The notes under the pieces: model-generated
What the model was told of the DNA's origin: nothing
The model's input: the letters and a program-made list of their open reading frames with translations, nothing else
Database searches by the model: none
Program-made: the position numbers and the translations under genes
NCBI GenBank assembly: GCA_963422265.1
Contig: OY729416.1
Coordinates: 256,001 to 320,000, forward strand
Source: Thermodesulfobacteriota bacterium
GTDB lineage: Bacteria; Desulfobacterota_D; UBA1144; Nemesobacterales; UBA2774
Direction of reading: 5' to 3'
Length of the DNA: 64,000 bases
Part shown: positions 18,434-27,699 of the stretch, one piece after another
How the letters are laid out: every line of letters begins with the position of its first letter
How positions within the stretch are numbered: position 1 is the stretch's first letter

Positions 18434-21400
18434 TGTTTGCTAGTCGGTGGTGTCCTGAGTTTGCCGAAGGGAGGATGGGAGTGAGACGACGTCCGAGAGC
18501 GTTTATAGTCTCTTTTTTGATTTTGAAGTCGGTCATCAGTTTAGAAGGTGCGACTGCTAATTCCAATTCTTTCTTTTCATTAAGAGGAAGTTTGTTGAAT
18601 TCTTTGTCAGATGTTGAGTCTGTATGTATTCGTAATGGCAGTTTTATACAATTGTTCTTTGAATCCCTATCAATCTTTCTAACCTTATAGAACTTTCTTT
18701 CGCCATTTTCTCTGATACTCACTGTGTCTCCCACACATAAGCTCATAACAAACTCCCAATCTTCCCCGTGATTGGTCTTCACAATCGGTTCTTTCAGAAT
18801 CCTTGCTCTTTCTGTAGCTTCCATAGTAGTTACAACAGTCCCTTTGTATTTTCCATTATTTCGGTTTTTCAAAATTTCCACATGATGGTTGTTTCCATAG
18901 GTAAAAACGCCAATGGTTTTCTCATCCTCATTTTTTTTGTAAAAGTGAAGATTTTCATTGGTCTTGTCAGATTGCCAAACCCGAGCGCGTCTGACAACAT
19001 CCCCCGTTTTTGGATGCTTGAAAGATTCTTCTTTCAATCTCTTTTGAGCGGTTTCTAGTCCACCATTCATATTGACATGTTGTTCAAAGCCTTCCTTGAT
19101 TACAGGACACACTATGTTTTTAAGGTCCTTGTCCGACATAGCAGTTAGATTTTTACGCACAACAATCCCTTTTCTGCCATTCTCTTCTCTTATTCCATAA
19201 GCTGTATCTTTGTGGAAAGCCCCAGTCAGCTTTCTATTCGTAGAATGAGATACAATCATTCGATTTGCTGCTTCGGTCAGGCTATCTCTCAGATTATTCA
19301 GAATAGAAGGCACTTCCATTCCATGTTCGGGAGAGACGTTGTCGTCATTCGCATACGATGCCAAGCGAACTATTTTCTGGTAGAGGCTGCGGTTTGTGAG
19401 GGCTATGACGGTTGCGTCAATAGCATGGTGGCGATGGTCGGCGCGGTTCTTTTCCCCGGTTTCTCCGAGGATGTTGTTCAGTCCCCATTGGTGACGAAGC
19501 CAGCTTGTGGCGCCCCCTTTTGTAAAAGAAACGTCACAGCCAAGCGTCTTCATGTATTTACCCGTTTCTCTTGCTATGTAGCGTGTGTCGCTTAACTGAT
19601 TGTTGATGAAATCATCTATATTATCCATTTCTTTTGTCATTACCCGTTTGCGTTTTGGATCCGGATAATCTTTTATGGTGTTTTCAATGATCTCCCATTG
19701 TTCGGTATTGCCAAAAGCCTCCCAAGGGCTTTTGTTGCCTTTCTTCTGATTTTCTTGAGCAAAACATACGACTTTATTCATATAAGAGTTGTCAAGGCTT
19801 CTGCTATACGGCAGTATGTGGTCTATCTCAACGTCTGCCGACCAAAGGTCAGTCAGAGAGATTGTTTCTCCGCTGTAGGAACATTGCTGCTTGCTTTCTG
19901 TCCAGAGCCTGTATTTCAGCTTGTCTTGATGGCTTATGTGTGTCCTCAATTGTAGATGGGGGTTCGCATTACGAATTTCATTGTATTTTTCTTCTGCTTC
20001 CTCATTCGCCTTCGTGTTAGCCTCCTGAATTTTTTTATTTCTTTGATACCTTTTGGTATTCATTTCCAAATCACGAGCCATTTCTATGCGTATTGATGCT
20101 GGCTTTCCATACTCTTTGATTATTGCATTTACAACACGACGGACCTCATAAAGCGCCTTTGTAACAATGGGGTTTGGTATAAATGGTATTTCTCCAAGAG
20201 TGTCGTCATTTCCGTCTGGTTGCTTGATAATCTCTTTATAGCCGGCTGCTTGAACAGCGCCCAATTCTTCTTTCCTGTCGCTTTCCCTGCTGTAAATTCT
20301 GCCTTCTTTAAGGTGGGGAAGAATGTTGTTTATTGCCTTTAATGAGAGATTGCCATATCCCTCTTCCAATTCCAGTACCGCAAGTTTTACGGCTTTTTCC
20401 AAATCAAACTTCCAGTAGTTTTGAAGCCGTTTTTTCAGTCCCTTCTTGGATTCGTAGGAAATCAAGTCTTCAACAAGTTGTTTCTGTATCTTCTCATCCC
20501 ACGAGTCCCACACATCCCCGATAATTTCCCTGACTTCATAGGCTGTTCGGTTTCCCTGAATTCCCTTTCTGTTTTTTCCTTCAACCTTTTCCAGATTGAA
20601 TTTCGTTTTTTTATTCAGATTGAGAAGGTCTTTCTTTTTGAGAGCCGTCCATGTTAGATTTCTTGTTTTTTCGAGTGTTTCAGCTATAAGGCTTTTCTGT
20701 TCTAATGTGGGTTTTGCATCTACTTCTCCAGTTTCAAGGTCATACCAACTCAAATTATTTATATCCTGCCAGTAGCGGAATTGTTGAGACTCGAGTCGTC
20801 CATGCTCTATTCTTCTTTTGTTCGGTTCTAGCGAGCAGTTACCTATCGTTTTCTTATCCCATCTTACGGGTCGTTGAAAAAATATGATTTCTTCAATTGT
20901 TTCTTTTACTTCTTTTGTATAGAGCTCGGGGTTTAGTGCAGACTGTTTTTGAAAGATTATTTCGAGCTCCTCCTGATACATTTTTCTATCAGTTCTTCGG
21001 TCGTGATGTTCCCCCCTGTTACGCGTGCGATCTTGGTTTTTGAGATATTCTCCCAAAGTCCTCATTCCGCTTTCTTTTATTTCTCCGCAAAGTTTTTTAA
21101 TATCCTTTTTGAAAGCGCCTTCATCTTTATCAGATTTTGTTGTTTCATCTTCAATCTTAAGAATCTCCTGCGATTCCGGGTCCTCGCGCAGATCTCCAAA
21201 TCCTGTTTTGCGATTACTGAGGAATCCCCTCCGCGTTCCTAAATGCAGGACTGCACGTCCGAATTCGTGAGGATTAAGCTCCTTATCTAGCGCTTTTGCT
21301 CTTAGTTCGTAAGGGTCTCCGAGTTTGTTGAGTTCAACTTCAGGGTTGGGGTTGTTCTTCAGGGTTTCTGGTAAAAATCCCTTGCTTATAAGATAGTTTC

Positions 21401-21638
21401 TCAATCGCGCCTTGCGTCTGTGGCGGCGTTCTATAACTCGCCTTGAAAGGCGCGCTCTCCTGCGATCCTGATTTTTAGGTTTAGGAGTTTTATCTTCAAC
21501 AGAACGGATAAAGATACGGCTTCCACAACCAATAAATCTTATGGGTTCTCCGTTGTTTTCCTCAACTATACTCCAGCCAATAGAGTTCGTTCCTACATCA
21601 AGACCCAGAGCGTATTCAGAGAGTTTTGGTTTTTTCAT
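18414..21638 (-). CDS. cas9: type II-C Cas9 (1074 aa)
   Basis: RuvC-I LGLDVGTNSIGW, Arg-rich bridge helix, IEMARD, HNH EIDHILPYSRSLDNSYMNKV, RuvC-III HHAIDA; no csn2 or cas4 in the locus. Confidence 0.98.
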   Translation of the reverse strand: MKKPKLSEYALGLDVGTNSIGWSIVEENNGEPIRFIGCGSRIFIRSVEDKTPKPKNQDRRRARLSRRVIERRHRRKARLRNYLISKGFLPETLKNNPNPEVELNKLGDPYELRAKALDKELNPHEFGRAVLHLGTRRGFLSNRKTGFGDLREDPESQEILKIEDETTKSDKDEGAFKKDIKKLCGEIKESGMRTLGEYLKNQDRTRNRGEHHDRRTDRKMYQEELEIIFQKQSALNPELYTKEVKETIEEIIFFQRPVRWDKKTIGNCSLEPNKRRIEHGRLESQQFRYWQDINNLSWYDLETGEVDAKPTLEQKSLIAETLEKTRNLTWTALKKKDLLNLNKKTKFNLEKVEGKNRKGIQGNRTAYEVREIIGDVWDSWDEKIQKQLVEDLISYESKKGLKKRLQNYWKFDLEKAVKLAVLELEEGYGNLSLKAINNILPHLKEGRIYSRESDRKEELGAVQAAGYKEIIKQPDGNDDTLGEIPFIPNPIVTKALYEVRRVVNAIIKEYGKPASIRIEMARDLEMNTKRYQRNKKIQEANTKANEEAEEKYNEIRNANPHLQLRTHISHQDKLKYRLWTESKQQCSYSGETISLTDLWSADVEIDHILPYSRSLDNSYMNKVVCFAQENQKKGNKSPWEAFGNTEQWEIIENTIKDYPDPKRKRVMTKEMDNIDDFINNQLSDTRYIARETGKYMKTLGCDVSFTKGGATSWLRHQWGLNNILGETGEKNRADHRHHAIDATVIALTNRSLYQKIVRLASYANDDNVSPEHGMEVPSILNNLRDSLTEAANRMIVSHSTNRKLTGAFHKDTAYGIREENGRKGIVVRKNLTAMSDKDLKNIVCPVIKEGFEQHVNMNGGLETAQKRLKEESFKHPKTGDVVRRARVWQSDKTNENLHFYKKNEDEKTIGVFTYGNNHHVEILKNRNNGKYKGTVVTTMEATERARILKEPIVKTNHGEDWEFVMSLCVGDTVSIRENGERKFYKVRKIDRDSKNNCIKLPLRIHTDSTSDKEFNKLPLNEKKELELAVAPSKLMTDFKIKKETINALGRRLTPILPSANSGHHRLANNDQANH

Positions 21639-21666
21639 TTATTATCCCCTTTGTTAGTGCAAACTC

Positions 21667-21695
21667 TTGACGCCTTCTAGTTCTTTCTGTACCAT
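21667..21695 (+). promoter_or_regulatory. putative sigma70 promoter for tracrRNA
   Basis: TTGACG-N17-TACCAT just upstream of the anti-repeat. Confidence 0.6.
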
Positions 21696-21706
21696 CTATA
21701 CTAGTG

Positions 21707-21735
21707 ATTGTAACTGACTGAAGCCTGCCAAACAA
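21707..21735 (-). promoter_or_regulatory. putative cas9 promoter embedded in the tracrRNA anti-repeat
   Basis: minus strand reads TTGTTT-N17-TACAAT about 70 bp upstream of the cas9 ATG. Confidence 0.45.
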
Positions 21736-21799
21736 TTTCTGTTTTGCTATTCATAACAAGAAGCAAATGTTTCGCAGGATAGCCTTTCAAGGTAAACCT

Positions 21800-21829
21800 A
21801 AGCGCCTCCCAGCGGGGCGCTTTTTTTTT
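21800..21829 (+). terminator. Rho-independent terminator of tracrRNA
   Basis: AAGCGCCTCCC-AGC-GGGGCGC stem-loop followed by T9. Confidence 0.85.
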
Positions 21830-21974
21830 ATAATGTGGTGGTTTTGCCCTTTGAAAATGGTGAGGTGGCGCTATTTAGCTAGAAACGGTGAGAGGGGGGG
21901 TGTAGACAGGGTAGGGATGTATAAAGGTAGCCGTCATCCTTTTCCTATGGAATAAGTACCCGTAGCAAACCAGG

Positions 21975-23237
21975 TCAACTTTTATACTTAACAGCCGACT
22001 TACAAATTTCCTCAATATCAACCTCTTCTTCAGAGCTTTTTCTCATATCTCGGACGGTTAGCTTGCCACGACTGAGTTCGTCTTCTCCTATAATAAAAGC
22101 GTATTTAGCCCCTGATTTATCTGCTCGCCTAAGCTGGCTTTTGAGGCTTTTAGCGCCATAATCCATTTCTGTATGAACCCCAATTCGCCTAAGTTCGTAT
22201 GCCAATGAGAAGGATTTCTTCAGCGCTTCTTTGCCTAAGTGCGCGATGAATAAGTCAACCTCTTTTTCAAATCCGCTGGGGGCGGTGAGCTTATGAAGGA
22301 GAATTATTCTATCAATACCCATAGCGAAGCCGACGGCTGGGGTCTTCGGTCCACCAAGCTCCTTTACAAGTCCGTCGTATCTTCCACCTGCGGCTACTGC
22401 GTTTTGCGCGCCTAGTCTATCCGTTGTGATCTCAAAAACCGTTCTATTGTAATAATCAAGACCCCTTACTATTCTGGGGTTAATAGTGAATTGAACGCCT
22501 ACCACGTTTAAGTTCTCCTTAACTGCTTCAAAGTGGTTTTTACATTCATCGCAAAGATTCTCTAGCATTGAAGGGGAATTCCTAGCCATTGCCTCGCAAC
22601 TGGGGTTTTTGCAGTCAAGTATTCTTAATGGGTTCGTCTTGAGCCTTCTTTGGCAGTCTTCGCATAAATCCCCTTTCAGTGGCGTGAAGTATTCTATTAT
22701 CTTCTCTTTATGGCGGGGTTTGCAATTCTCATCTCCTAAAGAATTCAACTCAAGCGTAACGTATTGAGAGAGCCCTGTCGCTTCAAAAAAGCTCATTAGC
22801 ATTGTGATTATCTCGGCGTCAGCGGTGGGATAGATTGATCCGAAAAGCTCAGCACCTATCTGATAGAATCCACGATACCGTCCCTTCTGGGGGCGTTCGT
22901 GCCTGAACATCATGCCTGAGTAGTAGAGCTTGGTTATGGACGACTTGGCGTGCATAGAGTGCTCTACGTAAGCTCTTACTACTCCAGCGGTGCCTTCTGG
23001 GCGGAGGGTTATGGATGAATTGTCCCTGTCTGTAAAAGTGTACATCTCCTTTTCCACGACGTCGGTTGAGGTGCCTAGGCTTCGGACGAAAACTTCAGTA
23101 AACTCAACTATGGGAATCCTTATTTCAGAAAATCCGTAAGGTTCAAATGTAGCCTTTGCCTTTTCCTCTACATAGCACCATCTAGTGGTATCCTCAGGCA
23201 GTATGTCGTTGAACCCTCTGATTGATTTTGCTTTCAT
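21975..23237 (-). CDS. hisS: histidine--tRNA ligase
   Basis: VEKEMYTF, LRPEGTAG, FRHERPQKGRYR, VRGLDYY, GGRYDGL motifs. Confidence 0.98.
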   Translation of the reverse strand: MKAKSIRGFNDILPEDTTRWCYVEEKAKATFEPYGFSEIRIPIVEFTEVFVRSLGTSTDVVEKEMYTFTDRDNSSITLRPEGTAGVVRAYVEHSMHAKSSITKLYYSGMMFRHERPQKGRYRGFYQIGAELFGSIYPTADAEIITMLMSFFEATGLSQYVTLELNSLGDENCKPRHKEKIIEYFTPLKGDLCEDCQRRLKTNPLRILDCKNPSCEAMARNSPSMLENLCDECKNHFEAVKENLNVVGVQFTINPRIVRGLDYYNRTVFEITTDRLGAQNAVAAGGRYDGLVKELGGPKTPAVGFAMGIDRIILLHKLTAPSGFEKEVDLFIAHLGKEALKKSFSLAYELRRIGVHTEMDYGAKSLKSQLRRADKSGAKYAFIIGEDELSRGKLTVRDMRKSSEEEVDIEEICKSAVKYKS

Positions 23238-23439
23238 AAAGTTTGCTCGCTTATCGTAAATTCAATATGTTTGCTTGTGGAAGGCTGGAGTCTTGAAAAC
23301 TCCACATGGATAAACACTTATCATATCTTACAATATAGCCGATTTCTATTCTACGGGAGAGTTTAGAGTGTGTGGTCGCCGCTCTATAAGGTTGCTTTGC
23401 CGTCGCGGAGTCTTTACTTTAGCATAATCCACGTGTATT

Positions 23440-25011
23440 TTGTCTCACCTTAAATTCCTCCTGATTTTACTTAGCGCTTCTATTATGAAAAGAGAAATAA
23501 TCAAGAGAGTTTTAACTCTGAGCCTAGTTCTATTGCTCCTGACGGCTTTCACTAAGCAGTCATTTGGTGATGACAAACTGGAGTTTCAGGATGTACCCAT
23601 ACAAATTGATGGAGATGGTATTCATAGTCGAAATGGGCAGACGTTTCTTGATGATGACAATAGCCGGAGATGGAACGGTGCCCCTGGTCTAGGAGTGAAG
23701 GAGTTTGCTAGAGATACCGGAATAGCCTACGCCTCGGTATGGACGGCGAGGTGGTTCTACGTGAGAAACAAGAACAGTAGAATGTTTGATACCTCTCTTT
23801 CCGACTGGTGGAATAATATCTCACAGTTGCCAGAGGAGGATGACGGCGATGAGTTTTTCACAAACTTCATAGTTCATCCAGTTGTAGGTTCTCAATACTA
23901 CCTTTACTACCGTGCTATGGGTCATAGTTTTTGGGCATCGGCATTAGGGTCGTTCATTCAGAGCACGCTATTTGAATATACAGTTGAGGGTCTTGTGGAG
24001 ACCCCGTCTCTTCCTGACCTGGTCATTACCCCTCTTTTAGGGGTTCCACTAGGTTTCGGATTAGAAGAGACGTCTGACTTTCTTATAGAAACCGATTTTG
24101 TTCCTGCCAAAGTCCTCGCGCACGTGCTAAACCCTATGAGAAATTTAATCCATGACAGGCAGATAGGGGTTTATAACCCTTTTACAAAACAATTTATGTC
24201 CGTAGGGGGTCCCCTTACCTTTAACGCGAGTAGCGACGAATCTATAAAGCTCGCTTATCCGTTTTTTATTGAGTCTCCACTTCCTATTGGGAGGTTTATG
24301 ACGAGTATTGAATTTGTAAGTTTAGAGAAAAATCTGGGTGGCGAGTTTATCTTCTACTCTGCGAGGGTTGACATTCCATCAAGAAATGATATCTGGGAAG
24401 TTTACGTGCAGATTGCTCAGTCGGGCGTTAACGAGGTGGTCGTAAATGGAACCGATGTGAGTGATGGATTTGAGTTTGCCAATCTGTTAGTCGGCGGAAA
24501 ACACCTGCTTTTCAGGTCTAGTAATTCTGCACTTTCTGCTGGACTCGATTTGCACCTCCCTACATCGTATAAAGATAATGTTAAGAGGCTTAGAACTTTG
24601 TTGCTTTATAGAAAACATTTTCCTATGAACCTTCAGAGAGCCTGGACGGTTACGCCTTATCTAACGGGCGCATACTGGCAAGGAGTTTTTAGCATTCAGG
24701 CAATGGCTGGAACCGATTGGGTATTGAACGCTGGCAGGCTAGAGGGGAACAGCGTTGAGTTCATGCTGAACTACGCTGCATCCTTGGGGGCAAATATACC
24801 GACAACAATCTCCCCTGTCCTATTTGCGGAATTTAATGGTTACTCACTATTAACGGCTGATAATTATGAGAAGACGGACTTATTTGCGTCAACGGGAGTC
24901 AGGTTTGGTAGAAAGTTTAGTCCAGGTTTTGCAATGCAGTTCCCTCTCAGCGGTAGTGGTAAAGACGTGGCTAAATTGAGTTTCTTAATTGATTTTCAGG
25001 TTAGGCTTTAA
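23440..25011 (+). CDS. DUF3943-containing, probably outer-membrane protein (start likely ATG 23485)
   Basis: signal peptide; DGDEFFTNFIVHPVVGSQYY..FEYTVE..PSLPDLVITP motif; beta-strand-rich C-terminal half. Confidence 0.7.
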   Translation: MSHLKFLLILLSASIMKREIIKRVLTLSLVLLLLTAFTKQSFGDDKLEFQDVPIQIDGDGIHSRNGQTFLDDDNSRRWNGAPGLGVKEFARDTGIAYASVWTARWFYVRNKNSRMFDTSLSDWWNNISQLPEEDDGDEFFTNFIVHPVVGSQYYLYYRAMGHSFWASALGSFIQSTLFEYTVEGLVETPSLPDLVITPLLGVPLGFGLEETSDFLIETDFVPAKVLAHVLNPMRNLIHDRQIGVYNPFTKQFMSVGGPLTFNASSDESIKLAYPFFIESPLPIGRFMTSIEFVSLEKNLGGEFIFYSARVDIPSRNDIWEVYVQIAQSGVNEVVVNGTDVSDGFEFANLLVGGKHLLFRSSNSALSAGLDLHLPTSYKDNVKRLRTLLLYRKHFPMNLQRAWTVTPYLTGAYWQGVFSIQAMAGTDWVLNAGRLEGNSVEFMLNYAASLGANIPTTISPVLFAEFNGYSLLTADNYEKTDLFASTGVRFGRKFSPGFAMQFPLSGSGKDVAKLSFLIDFQVRL

Positions 25012-25037
25012 GCTTCTCGCGTTTTAATATGACAAAA

Positions 25038-25337
25038 TCACTTCTTCAAGCCTTTCTTGAGATTCTTCTCAAATTCGTCAATGGGTATTGCAGCGAGGGT
25101 TGTCAGATGAACAGTTCCCCTGGCGCCTAGCTCGGTGGATACCTTTGTAATAGTTTCATTATCTGGGGCTTCCACTATGTTTATGAAGTCGTAGGGTCCA
25201 AGAACGGCGTATTGGGTTATTACCTTTACTCCCATTTTCTCCATTTCTTTGTTGACTTCAACAATCCTCTCGGGTCTCATCTTAACCGTTTTTCTTCCTT
25301 CATCCGTTAGCACGCTCATCATTATATAAATTCCCAT
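25038..25337 (-). CDS. GYD-domain protein
   Basis: LTDEGRKT, YAVLGPYDFINIVEAPD, TTLAA motifs. Confidence 0.85.
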   Translation of the reverse strand: MGIYIMMSVLTDEGRKTVKMRPERIVEVNKEMEKMGVKVITQYAVLGPYDFINIVEAPDNETITKVSTELGARGTVHLTTLAAIPIDEFEKNLKKGLKK

Positions 25338-25411
25338 GAGGTTCCTCCCGGTGTTTTAATAGAGAAGGTATAGTTTTTTGAATTAAGCATACTTTTATAG
25401 TCCCGACTTGC

Positions 25412-25711
25412 TCATTTAGTCTGAAGGGTAGCGTATTCTTCCACGTCGGCAGCGTATTTATCCTTTTCCCTCTGGCATCTGGATTCATCTCCTGAGTTGT
25501 CTGTTAAGCAATTATCTAGTTCTCTTCTTGATTTCTGAACTGCCTGTCTCGCCTCGTTAAGGGATAGCTTTTTTCTTGATACCCCTATAGGATTTTCGAT
25601 TCCAACGTCCTTTCCACTTTCAATGAATTCTTTTCCCGTTCTGCTTATTGTGCTGCACCCTACAACGGGATAAGCCATCAGCAGAGTGGCTAGGATTAAT
25701 AGACACCGCAT
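25412..25711 (-). CDS. hypothetical lipoprotein
   Basis: AGGAGG RBS before ATG 25711; signal peptide with VVGC lipobox-like motif. Confidence 0.65.
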   Translation of the reverse strand: MRCLLILATLLMAYPVVGCSTISRTGKEFIESGKDVGIENPIGVSRKKLSLNEARQAVQKSRRELDNCLTDNSGDESRCQREKDKYAADVEEYATLQTK

Positions 25712-25947
25712 TAGATACACCCTCCTAGTTAATTTAGGCATGTTACCCATGGGTTAAGAAATAACGATAATTATCATACCTAAACGATTGGAAAGCTAAA
25801 CACAAAAAGAGGGATTGACTCTACAACTTTTTATAAATTTCTTGACTAGAAAACGACGGTTGCTTATAGTTGGAACTGAGAGTCAAGTATTATTATAATA
25901 TTTATTTAGGTATAGGACAATTTGGGTTTTCCTAAGGAGATTAGAGA

Positions 25948-26154
25948 ATGCCTGACTATTCAATATATCTACCAGAGAAAATAAATGATCGTCTTGCGGC
26001 AATTGCTGACCAAGAACAGATCAGTAAATCGGATGCGCTAGCGAGGGCTTTCGCATTGCTTGACATTGTATATGAGGCAAAACGAGGAGGCCACGTCATT
26101 GTCAAAATTGTAAACGATAATGATGATGTAATTTCACGTATAACTGATATATAA
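25948..26154 (+). CDS. ribbon-helix-helix (CopG-like) DNA-binding protein
   Basis: YSIYLPEKINDRLAAIA..ISKSDALARAF pattern; AAGGAG RBS. Confidence 0.75.
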   Translation: MPDYSIYLPEKINDRLAAIADQEQISKSDALARAFALLDIVYEAKRGGHVIVKIVNDNDDVISRITDI

Positions 26155-26473
26155 TGAAGCAGATAACAGAATCTGATAAACGTATCCGTGATTATTATAG
26201 CGATATTGACGAATCAATTGCCCTAGATAATGAAGCTAAAAGACAAAAACAAAGTTTACGCAAGGACTGGACTACGCAAGTTGGGCAAAATGGGTAGTTA
26301 CCTTGTGGCTGATATTTATAGCGGTATATCTTGTAGTTATCACTGCATTGAAATTCTGTTATTCCGATAAAACAGTTGTTTCTGACAAGGTTTTAATGAC
26401 GCTTTTAGCAACGACCACCGTCAATGTCATTGCACTGACCTTGGTTATTATAAAAGGACTTTTTAAGTCATAG
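26154..26473 (+). pseudogene. 2-TM membrane protein frameshifted by a 5-bp duplication
   Basis: TAATG overlap with the RHH gene; removing one GGACT of GGACTGGACT (26264-26273) gives an uninterrupted 104-aa ORF ..LRKDYASWAKWVVTLWLIF..LLATTTVNVIAL..GLFKS. Confidence 0.7.
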
Positions 26474-26952
26474 ACTAAAGCTTTTCATATTGCAATACGT
26501 CAACACCGCTAAACAACTTCTCCCCTTAAACCCCGATTAAACCAAATTTAACGACGCCATATTCATCATTCAAGAGAACCTAAATTACAACGACAAATTT
26601 CTCCCCATTCCTCAGTCTGGCTAGGGACATGCTTTCCACGTTAAAGAAAAGTGATAAAATGTATAGAAAAGTAAGGAGAAATGACAGAAAAGTGCCGAAA
26701 ACGTGCTGGAAAAGTGATAGAAAAGAGATGGCAAATGAAAGAGAATGGCTAGTTTTAGCAGTTTTCAACGTAACGCACTGTTAGTAGTGTCTCCCAATAT
26801 TAGGAGGGCACCTCGCTTCATCTCACTGACGTAATAAGCAGATTTCAAGTAGCTAGCTCAATCTTTGGAACTAGTCAGGATAGGCCTTAAAGCCGGGGAG
26901 GAGACGCTTTCCCCTCCCAGTTCTACTTTGTTTTTCTCGTATCTTAAAGGGC

Positions 26953-27387
26953 TTAGTTTACCTTAAAAAGGTCTAGGTAATCACCGAAAAGACCAAAAGT
27001 TTTTTCAACGTTCCCATGGGTGACTGTATGAGCGTCTTTGGTCAATTTTTCAGATATGCTCCGCGTAGATTTGATTTGCTCTTTTTGGATGTCGATATAT
27101 TTATTGAATTGACCCGCTACTTTTTTTGTGTTTCCATTTGCGAGTGGAATGTCTTTATAGAACTCGCTTACATTAGTTACACACTCCTTTTCGAGGTCAA
27201 ACATCTTATCTACTTGTGTATTAAAGACCTTCATCCCCTGTTCTAAAATAGAGAAAGAAAAGTCCACGCCATTTAAGTAATTTTCTTTAATTACACCTGA
27301 AAATTTCTTTGCAGGCTCTGTATATTCTTGATGTTCCTTACCTTTGGATGTGCTTTTTACCGCTGGGGTCGTTGTTGCTGCAGACAT
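26953..27387 (-). CDS. hypothetical helical protein (weakly phasin-like)
   Basis: GGAGG RBS before ATG 27387; amphipathic helical composition; TTGACA upstream. Confidence 0.6.
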   Translation of the reverse strand: MSAATTTPAVKSTSKGKEHQEYTEPAKKFSGVIKENYLNGVDFSFSILEQGMKVFNTQVDKMFDLEKECVTNVSEFYKDIPLANGNTKKVAGQFNKYIDIQKEQIKSTRSISEKLTKDAHTVTHGNVEKTFGLFGDYLDLFKVN

Positions 27388-27699
27388 TTTAATTTCCTCC
27401 TGTCTAATTTTTTCTTGCTCATAATATAAACTTCTTTGAGGTATTGTCAAGGGTTTTTGTTCGCATCTGCACAATTCAATTGTATAATAATTTAAGTAAG
27501 TTATGAGATTTTATCAATTTTTCTAAATGCGTATGCTGATTAAAGGGATATCGGCTATAGAAATCCTTGATAAACATTCCGACTATATATTCACTCAACC
27601 GTAACTAGAAGATTAGAATCTGAAACAAGTTTAGAATGATGTAAGAGCTCAAATAGATATGAGACTGTGTGTGGTAGATGTCCTGCTGAGTGGTCAGTG

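Larger units (their letters stand above)
21702..21829 (+). ncRNA. tracrRNA: tracrRNA
   Basis: 21707-21729 is exactly complementary to repeat nt 14-36; 21745-21757 pairs with repeat nt 1-13 (3 G-U); ends in a hairpin plus T-run; 5' end estimated. Confidence 0.9.
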
